DNA of 64,000 nucleotides from an uncultured SAR86 cluster bacterium (lineage in GTDB: Bacteria > Pseudomonadota > Gammaproteobacteria > Magnimaribacterales > D2472): positions 406,674 through 470,673 of the forward strand of contig CACEAR010000001.1 in NCBI GenBank assembly GCA_902557575.1. Reading direction: 5' to 3'. The notes under the pieces are model-generated. The model worked only from the letters and a program-made list of their open reading frames with translations, did not search any database and was not told where the DNA came from. Position numbers and translations under genes: made by a program. Positions 54,502 through 64,000 of this stretch are shown here, in pieces; within the stretch, counting starts at the first letter, position 1, and each line of letters starts with the position of its first letter.

Positions 54502-56921
54502 TGAAAATCTTAAAGCGCCTAATTTCTTTCGTATTACTTCTAAACATAACTACCGTTTTAGCTTTTGAAGAATTTATCGTTAACGATATCCGAATAGCTG
54601 GTCTTCAGAGAGTCTCAACGGGAAGTATTTTTAACACAATACCAATTTCTGTTGGAGATAAAATTGATGATCGAAAGATTGTAGATATAACAAGAGCACT
54701 TTTTGCTACAGAGCAATTTGATGATATTCAAATAGGAAGAGATGGAAATGCATTAATAATAACTGTTGCAGAAAGACCATCAATATCTTCAATTGATATT
54801 TCTGGTAACAGTGCGCTTAAAACTGAAATATTACTTGAAAGTTTTGATGGTATTGGAATAACAGAAGGACAAGTTTACAAAAGGTCAACGCTTGAGAGAA
54901 TGAAAGCCGAGTTAGTAAGATCTTATTCCTCTCAGGGTAGATATGGAGCAGGAGTAGAAATATATGAAACGCCTCAACCTCGAAATAGAGTTTCTATTTC
55001 AATTGAAATAGATGAGGGAGAGAGCGCAAAGATAGATGGCATCACAATTCTAGGAAACAATATTTTTTCTGATGAGGATTTACTTGATGTAATGGAGTTA
55101 AGTGAAGGCAGCTGGTTGTCTTTTCTCTCAAATGATGACCAATACTCAAGAGAAAAGCTCCAAGGCGATCTCGAAAACCTTGAGTCATATTATCTTGATA
55201 GAGGATATTTACAGTTCTCCATTGAATCAAGCCAGGTTAGCATCTCAAGGGATAGAAGCAGTATTTATATTACATATATTATTTCGGAAGGCCCTAAGTA
55301 CACGATCAGCGATGTAAAAATTGTTGGTGATATGCCTATAAATGAGGAACTTATTGATCCTATAATTGAAACCCAAAAAGATATCACATATTCTCAAGCC
55401 CAAATTACACAAATTGAAGAGATTTTCACAAGTCTCCTTGGAAATGAGGGTTATGCATTTGCATCTGTTAAGGGGCAGCCAGATATAGATGAGGAAATGC
55501 TCGAGGTTGATTTAAGTTTTGTTATCGACCCAGGTAAAAGAACTTACACAAGAAAGATTTTATTTGAAGGAAATGAAATTACTCAAGATGATGTTTTAAG
55601 ACGAGAGATGAGGCAATTTGAGGGAGCTTGGGCATCTGATGACAAAATTGAGCAGTCCAGAGTTAGACTGGAAAGGCTTGGATTCTTCAAAGAGGTGAAC
55701 GTCGAAACAGTTCCCGTTCCAGGCACTGATGATCAAATTGACGTTAAATTTAGAGTTGAAGAAGAGACAACAGGTAACGTTGGAGGAAATTTAGGTTATA
55801 GTGATTTTGGTTTAATGATTGGATTCAATCTGCAGGAGAGAAACTTCCTTGGAACAGGAAACTCAGTGGGTATTGCAATAAATAAGAGCATTTACCAAGA
55901 GGTTTATAATCTATCTTTCTATGATCCTTATTACACAATTGATGGAGCAAGCAGGGGTTATAGCCTTTATTATAGAAAAACAGACTATGGTGAATTCAAC
56001 ATAGCTAACTACACTAGTGACTCTCAAGGTCTCGGTATACAGTTTGGATATCCTATATCAGATACTCAGAGAGTAGGCTTAAATTTAACTTATGATAAAA
56101 CAGAAATTGATCAAGGAACTTTACCAGTAAGAGACATTCTTGATTTCCTCCTAGAGGAAGGTAACTCTTTCCAAACTGTCTCTGCCCAAGCTGTATGGTC
56201 AAGAATAACTCTTAATAGAGGTATGTTCCCAACAGATGGCGCATCTACTGAAGCATTATTTTTAGCTACTTTGCCTTTGAGTGATATTAATTACTATAAA
56301 TTAAATATAAGACAAAAATTTTATCAACCATTAAATGTATGGGATCTTGTTTTTGGCTTCCAAGGAGAAATTGGATATTTAGCTCCTTATGGGGATACAG
56401 ATAATGTTCCATTCTTCCAACATTTTTATGCAGGAGGTCCAAGATCATTGAGAGGGTTTGAGTCGAACACTCTTGGTCCTAGAGCTACTCCCTCACCATG
56501 TTATGGGTTTGATACAGTTAATGACTTATGCCCACCTTTAATAGACTCTAATTTTGATGGAATTCCTGACAGTCCCGCATATAATCAGAGCATCATTTAT
56601 CAAAGAGATGATCCAATTGGAGGTGACGTAAAAATAGAGGGAAGTATGCAGTTGATATTTAAACTTCCAATGGTTGAAGACCAGCGATCAATGAGAACAG
56701 CTTTCTTTTTTGATTTTGGTAATGTTTTTGCAATGGAATGTAGGGAATATCAAGTAAGCTGCTACAAACCAAGCATTGATGAATTGAGATACTCAATAGG
56801 AGTTGGGTTAACCTGGATAACAGGGTTTGGCCCAATGAGTTTTGCGATCTCAAAGCCATATAATGAAGACAGGTTTGAGAGGACTGAAGAGTTTCAATTT
56901 ACTATTGGAACTGTGTTTTAA
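54501..56921 (+). CDS. bamA: Outer membrane protein assembly factor BamA
   Basis: Signal peptide, POTRA repeats, LRGF motif, C-terminal FQFTIGTVF. Confidence 0.98.
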   Translation: MKILKRLISFVLLLNITTVLAFEEFIVNDIRIAGLQRVSTGSIFNTIPISVGDKIDDRKIVDITRALFATEQFDDIQIGRDGNALIITVAERPSISSIDISGNSALKTEILLESFDGIGITEGQVYKRSTLERMKAELVRSYSSQGRYGAGVEIYETPQPRNRVSISIEIDEGESAKIDGITILGNNIFSDEDLLDVMELSEGSWLSFLSNDDQYSREKLQGDLENLESYYLDRGYLQFSIESSQVSISRDRSSIYITYIISEGPKYTISDVKIVGDMPINEELIDPIIETQKDITYSQAQITQIEEIFTSLLGNEGYAFASVKGQPDIDEEMLEVDLSFVIDPGKRTYTRKILFEGNEITQDDVLRREMRQFEGAWASDDKIEQSRVRLERLGFFKEVNVETVPVPGTDDQIDVKFRVEEETTGNVGGNLGYSDFGLMIGFNLQERNFLGTGNSVGIAINKSIYQEVYNLSFYDPYYTIDGASRGYSLYYRKTDYGEFNIANYTSDSQGLGIQFGYPISDTQRVGLNLTYDKTEIDQGTLPVRDILDFLLEEGNSFQTVSAQAVWSRITLNRGMFPTDGASTEALFLATLPLSDINYYKLNIRQKFYQPLNVWDLVFGFQGEIGYLAPYGDTDNVPFFQHFYAGGPRSLRGFESNTLGPRATPSPCYGFDTVNDLCPPLIDSNFDGIPDSPAYNQSIIYQRDDPIGGDVKIEGSMQLIFKLPMVEDQRSMRTAFFFDFGNVFAMECREYQVSCYKPSIDELRYSIGVGLTWITGFGPMSFAISKPYNEDRFERTEEFQFTIGTVF

Positions 56922-56982
56922 ATTTATTAGTGTTTTTCATGCAATTTAATATAGAATATACGAACTTAAAAAGGGGCTTATT

Positions 56983-57516
56983 ATGAAAAAATTAGTTACA
57001 TATATTGCTTGTATAGGATTTGTAGGCTTATTTTCTGTAACGGCATCAGCACAGAATGTTGCCGTAATAGATACACAAGCAGCAATTCTTCAAACACAAG
57101 TTGCTCAAGATGCTTTCAAAGCGCTTGAAGAAGAAAGTGAATATGCATCAATGGTTGAGCAAGCTCAAGAGCTTCAGGCAGACAGACAAAGTTTAGTTGA
57201 ATCACTTCAAAAAGATGCAGAAACTCTTTCAAATGAAGAAATTGCTGAACTTCAAAAAGATATTCAAGAAAAAACAACAGATCTTGAATTTGTTTTAGGA
57301 AAAATACAGGCTAAACAAAATGAGACTATTCAAACTGTTGCTGCTCAATTAAATCCCGCTATGATGCAAATCATAAATGATCTTATTGTTGCAAAGAAGA
57401 TTCAATTATTACTTGGTGCTGATCAGGCTTTATATTTTGATGGCTCTGTAAGCATTACCGAACAAGTAACAGATGCGCTAGATGGAGCTGCAAATGCAGA
57501 ACCAGAATCTAACTAG
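56983..57516 (+). CDS. skp: Periplasmic chaperone Skp/OmpH
   Basis: Signal peptide, VAVID, coiled-coil body, position between bamA and lpxD. Confidence 0.85.
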   Translation: MKKLVTYIACIGFVGLFSVTASAQNVAVIDTQAAILQTQVAQDAFKALEEESEYASMVEQAQELQADRQSLVESLQKDAETLSNEEIAELQKDIQEKTTDLEFVLGKIQAKQNETIQTVAAQLNPAMMQIINDLIVAKKIQLLLGADQALYFDGSVSITEQVTDALDGAANAEPESN

Positions 57517-58457
57517 TGTCTGGATCTGAGAATAAGAAATACTCAATTAAATTCATCTCCGAATATATCGATGCTTCGATAATCGGAGATGCTGATTTAC
57601 AGATTGATAATATTGCAACCCTAGATAGTGCTGTTCAGGGCTGCGTAACTTTTTTAGCTAACTCAAAATACAATAAACTTTTAGAAAGCACAAAAGCTTC
57701 AGCCGTAATAGTTAAAGAAGGCATTAAAACAAACAATGAAACTACTCTCCTAGTATGCTCTGATCCATATCTTGCTTTTGCAAAACTATCAAAGCTTTTT
57801 AGTGATGAGATTGATTTCTCAAATGGATCTTTTCAAAACAGTGTCTTTATTCATGATTCTGTAAATTTGGGTAAAGATGTCAAAGTTGGTCCTAACGTTT
57901 ATATAGGTGAGAATTGTAAAATTGGTGATAAAACAGTCATTTACCCAAATACGACAATACTTAAAGATGTTTCAATTGGGCAAGATTGCATAGTTCATCC
58001 AAATTCTGTTTTAGGCTCAGATGGATTTGGTTTTGCGCCTGAAAACGAAAGCTATCAAAAGATAGAACAGCTTGGCGGTCTTGATATTGGAGATAATGTT
58101 GAAATCGGTGCAGGATGCACAATTGATAGAGGCGCAATTTCTAATACAATGATCTTCGATGGGGTCAAATTAGACAATCAGATACATATTGCTCATAACG
58201 TTTCTTTGGGGTCTAACTCAGCAATAGCAGCCTGTTGTGCAATAGCTGGATCAACTAAGATAGGAAAAAATTTTAAAATGGGAGGCCTTTCTGGTGTTCT
58301 TGGGCACCTTGAGATTTGTGATGATGTAACCGTTGGTGCACATACTCTAATCACAAAGAGCATAAAGTCATCTGGAAATTATATTGGTATTATGCCCGCT
58401 CAAAATCATATGAATTGGTCAAAGTCAGCTGTTTTTATTAAAAAAAGAGGTAAATAG
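57516..58457 (+). CDS. lpxD: UDP-3-O-acyl-glucosamine N-acyltransferase
   Basis: DPYLAFA, hexapeptide repeats, GSDGFGF, KLDNQIHIAHNV. Confidence 0.96.
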   Translation: MSGSENKKYSIKFISEYIDASIIGDADLQIDNIATLDSAVQGCVTFLANSKYNKLLESTKASAVIVKEGIKTNNETTLLVCSDPYLAFAKLSKLFSDEIDFSNGSFQNSVFIHDSVNLGKDVKVGPNVYIGENCKIGDKTVIYPNTTILKDVSIGQDCIVHPNSVLGSDGFGFAPENESYQKIEQLGGLDIGDNVEIGAGCTIDRGAISNTMIFDGVKLDNQIHIAHNVSLGSNSAIAACCAIAGSTKIGKNFKMGGLSGVLGHLEICDDVTVGAHTLITKSIKSSGNYIGIMPAQNHMNWSKSAVFIKKRGK

Positions 58458-58898
58458 ATGATTCTTTCTGGTGAAGAGATACAAAAGTATCTTCCGCATA
58501 GAGATCCATTTCTTTTTATAGACGAAGTAATTTCTCTTGAAGAAGGCGATAACATTCATGCTGTAATGCATGTAAAAGATGAAAATGTATTTTTAGAGGG
58601 TCATTTCCCTGGTAATCCTATTGTGCCTGGAGTAATTCTAATAGAAGCTATGGGTCAAGCATCGGGAATTCTTGGCTTTAAGACCATGAATAAGACTCCT
58701 GAAGAAGGTTCAATTTATGTAATAGCCGGAGTAGATAAAGCAAGATTTAGGCAAAGAGTATTACCTGGAGATAAAGTAGATATTTTCAGTAAAGTTCTTG
58801 GCAGCACGAGAGGAATCTGGAAATTTGAGTGTTTTGCTGAAGTTAATGGAAAATTGGTATGTTCTGCTAATATATTATGTGCAGAGAGAAAAAAATAA
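58458..58898 (+). CDS. fabZ: 3-hydroxyacyl-ACP dehydratase
   Basis: LPHRDPFLFID, GHFPGNPIVPGVILIEAMGQ. Confidence 0.97.
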   Translation: MILSGEEIQKYLPHRDPFLFIDEVISLEEGDNIHAVMHVKDENVFLEGHFPGNPIVPGVILIEAMGQASGILGFKTMNKTPEEGSIYVIAGVDKARFRQRVLPGDKVDIFSKVLGSTRGIWKFECFAEVNGKLVCSANILCAERKK

Positions 58899-59675
58899 AT
58901 GTCTATTCACGAATCCTCAATAATACATCCTTCTGCCGAAATCGATGAAAATGTTGAAATCGGACCTTTTTGTATTATAGGAGAAAAAGTTAAAATAAAG
59001 TCTGGTTCAAAACTGCTCTCTCATGTAGTTTTGAAGGGACCAACAACTGTTGGAAAGAATAATGTTTTTTATCAGTTCTGTACTATAGGTGAAGATACTC
59101 CAGATAAGAAATTTAAAGGTGAAGAAACAACTCTAGAAATTGGAGATCATAATATCTTTAGAGAGGGTGTAACTGTCCATAGAGGAACTGTCCAAGATAA
59201 AAGCACAACTATAATTGGCAACAAGAATTTATTTATGGCATACGCTCATGTTGCTCATGATTGCATTGTTGGTAGTGATAATGTTTTTGCTAATAATGCA
59301 GGCATAGCCGGTCATGTAACTGTAGGCAATAATGTGACAATTGGTGCTTTAACCACTATTCATCAGTTTTGTCAGATGGGGGACTACTCTTTTGCGGGTA
59401 TGAATGCTTCAATCACAATGGATGTACCTGCATACATAAAAGTAGCATCAAATCCTGCAAGGGTTGTCGGTCTTAATTCAGTAGGAATGGAAAGAGGAGG
59501 TATTGATCAGGAAACAATAACCATTCTTAAAAAAGCATATAAAACCATCTATAGAAAGGGATTTAATCTTAAGGATGCAATAGAGAAAGTTGAATCTATG
59601 GAGTCCAATGATCTCCAAGAAGTCCAAAACTTTTTAGACACTATTAAATCTTCAGAAAGAGGCATTCTCAGGTAG
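58899..59675 (+). CDS. lpxA: UDP-N-acetylglucosamine acyltransferase
   Basis: Hexapeptide repeats, TVHRGT, HVAHDC, TIHQFC. Confidence 0.98.
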   Translation: MSIHESSIIHPSAEIDENVEIGPFCIIGEKVKIKSGSKLLSHVVLKGPTTVGKNNVFYQFCTIGEDTPDKKFKGEETTLEIGDHNIFREGVTVHRGTVQDKSTTIIGNKNLFMAYAHVAHDCIVGSDNVFANNAGIAGHVTVGNNVTIGALTTIHQFCQMGDYSFAGMNASITMDVPAYIKVASNPARVVGLNSVGMERGGIDQETITILKKAYKTIYRKGFNLKDAIEKVESMESNDLQEVQNFLDTIKSSERGILR

Positions 59676-60791
59676 GTGAAAGATTCTATTAAGATAGGAA
59701 TTGTTGCTGGAGAGCATTCCGGCGATATTCTAGGGGAAAACCTTCTTAAAGCTCTAAAAAAAATAAAAAATGTAGAAATTTATGGCGTTGGGGGCCCAAA
59801 AATGGAAGATCAGGGCCTCAAATCAGCTTTTGACTTTAACAATTTAAATATAATGGGCCTTGTAGATCCCATTCTCAACTATTCCAAGATCATGTCTTAT
59901 AAAAATGATCTCTGTAATTTATTCATAAAAGAAAAGATAGATGTTTTTATAGGCATTGATTCGCCAGATTTTAATATGCAAATCCAAAAAAGATTAAAAA
60001 AAATTTCAAAAATAAAAACAGTTCAACTCGTTACACCTTCTATTTGGGCTTGGAGAAAGGGGAGACTGAAGAATATCAAAAAATATACTGACCTCAGTGC
60101 TTCATTATTTAAATTTGAACACGATTTTTATAAAAAACATGGCTTAAATAATATTCTTTTAGGTCATCATTTCTCAGAACTTAAACCAAACAAGACATCA
60201 GATGTTCTAAAGAAATTTAAACTTGATAAGGATAAAAAATATATAAGCGTTATGCCTGGTAGCAGAAATTCAGAAATAAAGAATATGATGCCAACTTACA
60301 TAGAATTTATGCAACTCTATGATGGCTTGAATGAAAATACGCATTTTCTAATACCTGTTGTGAATCATGATGATCTTGAGCATATTGATTCATATTTGAA
60401 AGACTCAAAAATCAAATACACAATAGAGGTAAATGCCGCAAATGAATTTTTGTCTTTATCAGAATTTTCAATTGTTACTTCCGGAACAGCTTCTTTGCAA
60501 TCTTGTGTTTTAGGAGCTCATCCAATTATTTGTTACAAAACGTCATTTTTTAACCATTTCATTATTTCAAGAATGATTCAAACAGAAATAATTGGTCTGC
60601 CCAATCTTCTTCTTTCGCAAAGATTTTTTCCTGAGCTGGTTCAAACAGCTTGTACTCCTCAAAACATACTTTTAGAAACACAAAAACTTAAAATAAATAA
60701 ATTTTTACTCGATCAAAAGACTAACCTTATTATTAAAAACCTTAAAGGAGTTGGTTTTGATTCCTTGGCAGAAGAAGTAGCTATTTTATAA
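59676..60791 (+). CDS. lpxB: Lipid-A-disaccharide synthase
   Basis: VAGEHSGDILG, GIDSPDFN, PSIWAWR, PGSRNSE, SGTASL. Confidence 0.96.
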   Translation: MKDSIKIGIVAGEHSGDILGENLLKALKKIKNVEIYGVGGPKMEDQGLKSAFDFNNLNIMGLVDPILNYSKIMSYKNDLCNLFIKEKIDVFIGIDSPDFNMQIQKRLKKISKIKTVQLVTPSIWAWRKGRLKNIKKYTDLSASLFKFEHDFYKKHGLNNILLGHHFSELKPNKTSDVLKKFKLDKDKKYISVMPGSRNSEIKNMMPTYIEFMQLYDGLNENTHFLIPVVNHDDLEHIDSYLKDSKIKYTIEVNAANEFLSLSEFSIVTSGTASLQSCVLGAHPIICYKTSFFNHFIISRMIQTEIIGLPNLLLSQRFFPELVQTACTPQNILLETQKLKINKFLLDQKTNLIIKNLKGVGFDSLAEEVAIL

Positions 60792-60795
60792 ATAA

Positions 60796-61332
60796 ATGAT
60801 TGCTGGTGTTGATGAGGTTGGTAGGGGCTGTCTTGCTGGACCAGTAGTAGCTGCATCTGTAATACTAAAGAGGCCAATAAAAGGCCTTATGGACTCAAAG
60901 AAACTTTCTTCAAAAAAAAGGGAGCATTTAAGTCAGGTAATAATAGAAAATTCCATATTTGCTATAGGAGTTGCAGATAATATAGAGATTGATCAAATTA
61001 ATATCTTACAAGCTTCCCTGTTAGCAATGCAGAGATCATTAGAAAAGCTAGATGTAAAACCAAAAAAAGTATTAGTTGATGGCGATCATATTTTTAAAAC
61101 TCCAATTGAAATAGAGTCTATTGTGGGAGGAGATAATTTGATACCATCAATCAGTGCAGCTTCTATAGTAGCAAAGGTATATAGAGATAGGTTAATGATG
61201 ACGTATAGTAGAGAATTTCCAAATTATGGGTTTGATAAACACAAAGGATATCCAACAAAACTCCATAAAGAAATGCTTAAAAGATATGGATTAACAAGAA
61301 TTCATAGAAGAACTTTTAAAGGTGTAAATTAA
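60796..61332 (+). CDS. rnhB: Ribonuclease HII
   Basis: AGVDEVGRGCLAGPVVA, DSKKL, AASIVAKVYRD. Confidence 0.98.
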   Translation: MIAGVDEVGRGCLAGPVVAASVILKRPIKGLMDSKKLSSKKREHLSQVIIENSIFAIGVADNIEIDQINILQASLLAMQRSLEKLDVKPKKVLVDGDHIFKTPIEIESIVGGDNLIPSISAASIVAKVYRDRLMMTYSREFPNYGFDKHKGYPTKLHKEMLKRYGLTRIHRRTFKGVN

Positions 61333-64000
61333 TGAATGGATCATTTGCTCATTTGAGGGTTTCATCAGAATACAGCATATTTAAAGGACTCTTATCTATT
61401 GAGAAACTTGTTGAAAAAGCAAAATCTTTTGGTATGCCAGCAATAGCATTAACTGATCATTCCAACATGTTTGGACTCGTCAAATTTTTTAAGAAATGTG
61501 AAAAGGAGGGTATAAAACCTATAAGCGGATCTACGCTCAATATTGCAAGATCTCAAGAAGAAAGGCCGTATGAGTTTTTATGTTTAGCTAAAAATCTAGA
61601 TGGACAAAAGAATCTAATGCATGGACTTTCAAAAGCGAGTAGAAACCAAACAAAAGCCATTATATATGATGATTTCTTGAATATTTGCAATGATATTTTT
61701 GTAATAACAGGATCTGAAAATTCTGAAATTTTTTCACTAATACTTAATGATAAGGAAGATGAGGCAGTTAAGCTTATTGAGAAATATAAATCAGATTTTC
61801 AAAATAATTTAGTAATTGAGATTCAAAATACTGGTAAGGAGAGTCATAAGATCTTTATGGCTTCTATCTTGCCTATTGCCTCAAGGCTAAGCATTCCTGT
61901 AATAGCAACAAATGATGTTTTATTTGGAGATAGAGAAGACTTTGAAATCCATGAAACTAAGGTATGCATAAACAGCGGCAAGACACTAAACGACCCAAAC
62001 AGAGAAAAAATTTACTCTGAGGAACAGTACTTTAAATCTCAGGATGAGATGCAAGAATTATTTAAAGATTTTCCGGAGGTTCTTTCAAATACTCTTGAAA
62101 TTGCGAAACAATGTAACTTAAGTTTAGAGCCAGATGGGTATTTTTTGCCTGAATATCCAGTTCCTGAGGGACAAAACTTTGATTCTCACTTAAAGAGCTT
62201 GGTTGAAGAAAATCTAAACAACCTTACTGCTAAATTTGCTAATGATCAGGTAGAAGAGTATAAGGCTAGAGTTAAATATGAACTAGACCAAATAAAAACG
62301 ATGGGATTCTCCAGTTATTTTCTAATTGTTTATGATTTTATAAAGTGGTCCAAAAATAATGATGTTCCTGTTGGTCCTGGAAGGGGATCAGGAGCAGGCT
62401 CTTTAGTTGCTTATTGCTTAGGAATTACAGCTCTTGATCCTATTAAACATGGCCTTCTTTTTGAAAGATTTTTAAATCCAGAGAGAATATCTATGCCCGA
62501 CTTTGACATAGACTTTTGTATGGAGAAGAGAGATAAAGTTATTGAGTATGTTAGTTCAAAGTACGGCAAAGATGCTGTATCACAAATTGTAACTTTTGGA
62601 ACAATGGCCGCCAAAGGAGTTGTCAGGGATGTTACCAGAGCGCTTGGTAAACCATATAGTCTTGGAGATAGAATCTCTAAAATGATACCTTTTGAGATTG
62701 GAATGACTCTTGAAAAGGCAATATCGAGACAGCCAGTGCTTAAGCAAGCCATTAAAGATGATGATGAGGTTCAGGAAATTATGAATCTATCTTTTAAATT
62801 AGAAGGCGGCATTAGAAACATTGGAAAACATGCTGGAGGAGTTGTAATTGCTCCAGGATCGCTAGCAGACTTTTCTCCAATATATTTTGATAGCGATACA
62901 TCTTCAGTGCTCACACAATTTGATAAAGATGATGTTGAAAAAATTGGACTAGTTAAATTTGATTTTTTAGGGCTAAGGACCCTTACAATCATTGATAAGG
63001 CAATCAAATCAATAAATGATGATCTAGCCTCAAAAAATGAAGACCCTTTGGATATATCAAATTTAGATTTAAATGACTCTAAGGTTTTTGAACTCTTATC
63101 TGCTGGAAAAACTACTGCAGTTTTTCAACTAGAATCTCCAGGCATGAAGGATCTTATTAAAAGACTTCAGCCAACAAAATTTGAAGAAATAGTTGCTCTT
63201 CTTGCATTGTTTAGACCAGGACCATTGGATTCTGGCATGCATGATGAATTTGTAAATAGGAAGAATGGTAAAGTGCCTGTCACATATCCTCATAAATTGC
63301 TTGAACCTGTTTTATCTGAAACATATGGCGTAATCCTCTACCAAGAGCAAGTTATGGAATCTGCTAGAGTTCTAGCAGGATACTCGCTTGGGCAAGCTGA
63401 TATTCTCCGACGAGCAATGGGTAAAAAACAAGTAGAGGAAATGGATAAGCAAAGGACTATTTTTGTTAATGGTTGTAAAAATAACAATATTAAAGAAGAC
63501 CTAGCAAATAAAATATTTAATTTAATTGAAACTTTTGCTGGTTATGGCTTTAATAAATCTCATTCGGCGGCCTATGCTTTGTTGTCATTCCAGACAGCAT
63601 ATCTTAAAACATATTACCCCGAATATTTTATGGCAGCTGTTCTTTCTTCGGCGCAAGGAAATACTGACAAGATAAGCTCAATCATAAAAGAATGCAAAGA
63701 TATGGGTATAAACGTCTTAAGCCCGAATATATTAACAAGCGGAACAAATTTCTTTGTTAATCCAAAAAAACAAATTGAATATGGGCTAACTTCTCTTAAA
63801 GGCGTAGCGGAATCTTTTATCTATCACCTATCTGAGGTCAGAGAAAAAAATACTTTTAATAACTTACTAGATTTCTCCAAAAAAGTTAATGTAAAACTTG
63901 GTGGTAAGAAATCACTTGAATCTTTATCAAAAGCAGGAGCTTTTGATTCAATATGTGATTCAAGATCAATTGCCTTAGCTTGTATACCAGATATGTTAAA
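61332..64000 (+). CDS. dnaE: DNA polymerase III alpha subunit, truncated by window end
   Basis: Manual translation MNGSFAHLRVSSEYS, ALTDHSN, GPGRGSGAGS, PDFDIDF, KFDFLGL, YGFNKSHSAAY; AGAFD near the end is in frame. Confidence 0.98.
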   Translation, partial: MNGSFAHLRVSSEYSIFKGLLSIEKLVEKAKSFGMPAIALTDHSNMFGLVKFFKKCEKEGIKPISGSTLNIARSQEERPYEFLCLAKNLDGQKNLMHGLSKASRNQTKAIIYDDFLNICNDIFVITGSENSEIFSLILNDKEDEAVKLIEKYKSDFQNNLVIEIQNTGKESHKIFMASILPIASRLSIPVIATNDVLFGDREDFEIHETKVCINSGKTLNDPNREKIYSEEQYFKSQDEMQELFKDFPEVLSNTLEIAKQCNLSLEPDGYFLPEYPVPEGQNFDSHLKSLVEENLNNLTAKFANDQVEEYKARVKYELDQIKTMGFSSYFLIVYDFIKWSKNNDVPVGPGRGSGAGSLVAYCLGITALDPIKHGLLFERFLNPERISMPDFDIDFCMEKRDKVIEYVSSKYGKDAVSQIVTFGTMAAKGVVRDVTRALGKPYSLGDRISKMIPFEIGMTLEKAISRQPVLKQAIKDDDEVQEIMNLSFKLEGGIRNIGKHAGGVVIAPGSLADFSPIYFDSDTSSVLTQFDKDDVEKIGLVKFDFLGLRTLTIIDKAIKSINDDLASKNEDPLDISNLDLNDSKVFELLSAGKTTAVFQLESPGMKDLIKRLQPTKFEEIVALLALFRPGPLDSGMHDEFVNRKNGKVPVTYPHKLLEPVLSETYGVILYQEQVMESARVLAGYSLGQADILRRAMGKKQVEEMDKQRTIFVNGCKNNNIKEDLANKIFNLIETFAGYGFNKSHSAAYALLSFQTAYLKTYYPEYFMAAVLSSAQGNTDKISSIIKECKDMGINVLSPNILTSGTNFFVNPKKQIEYGLTSLKGVAESFIYHLSEVREKNTFNNLLDFSKKVNVKLGGKKSLESLSKAGAFDSICDSRSIALACIPDML

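Noticed and set aside
61332-61400. Degenerate PHP metal ligands in DnaE (HLRVSS)
   Set aside because: Loss of PHP ligands is established for Proteobacterial DnaE; no intein or frameshift seen

Overview
AT-rich, extremely compact core-genome window from a streamlined Gammaproteobacterium (SAR86-like by gene order, compaction and AT richness; this is inference, no rRNA is present). It concatenates canonical housekeeping clusters: birA / tRNA-Tyr, tRNA-Thr, tuf, tRNA-Trp, secE-nusG-rplKAJL-rpoBC, rpsLG-fusA, the S10-spc-alpha ribosomal protein cluster, uvrA/ssb, a crotonase, ispB-fabA-fabB, rplU-rpmA-obgE, rpsT, an SDR, tmRNA-smpB, DUF3429-NSS symporter-ratA, bamE/fur, grpE-dnaK-dnaJ, rpsB-tsf-pyrH-frr-uppS-cdsA-dxr-rseP-bamA-skp-lpxD-fabZ-lpxA-lpxB-rnhB-dnaE (partial). 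No mobile element, CRISPR array or pseudogene is supported. The best novelty candidate is non-coding. The 56-nt rpsJ-rplC spacer holds a GC-rich element that reproduces the 23S rRNA H18-H20 junction (the L4/L24-binding region) almost base for base, directly before the rplC Shine-Dalgarno and a weak UUG start. Most classical E. coli r-protein leaders have no room to exist here, while the L10 and S2 leaders are kept. All rRNA and family comparisons are from memory and need alignment.
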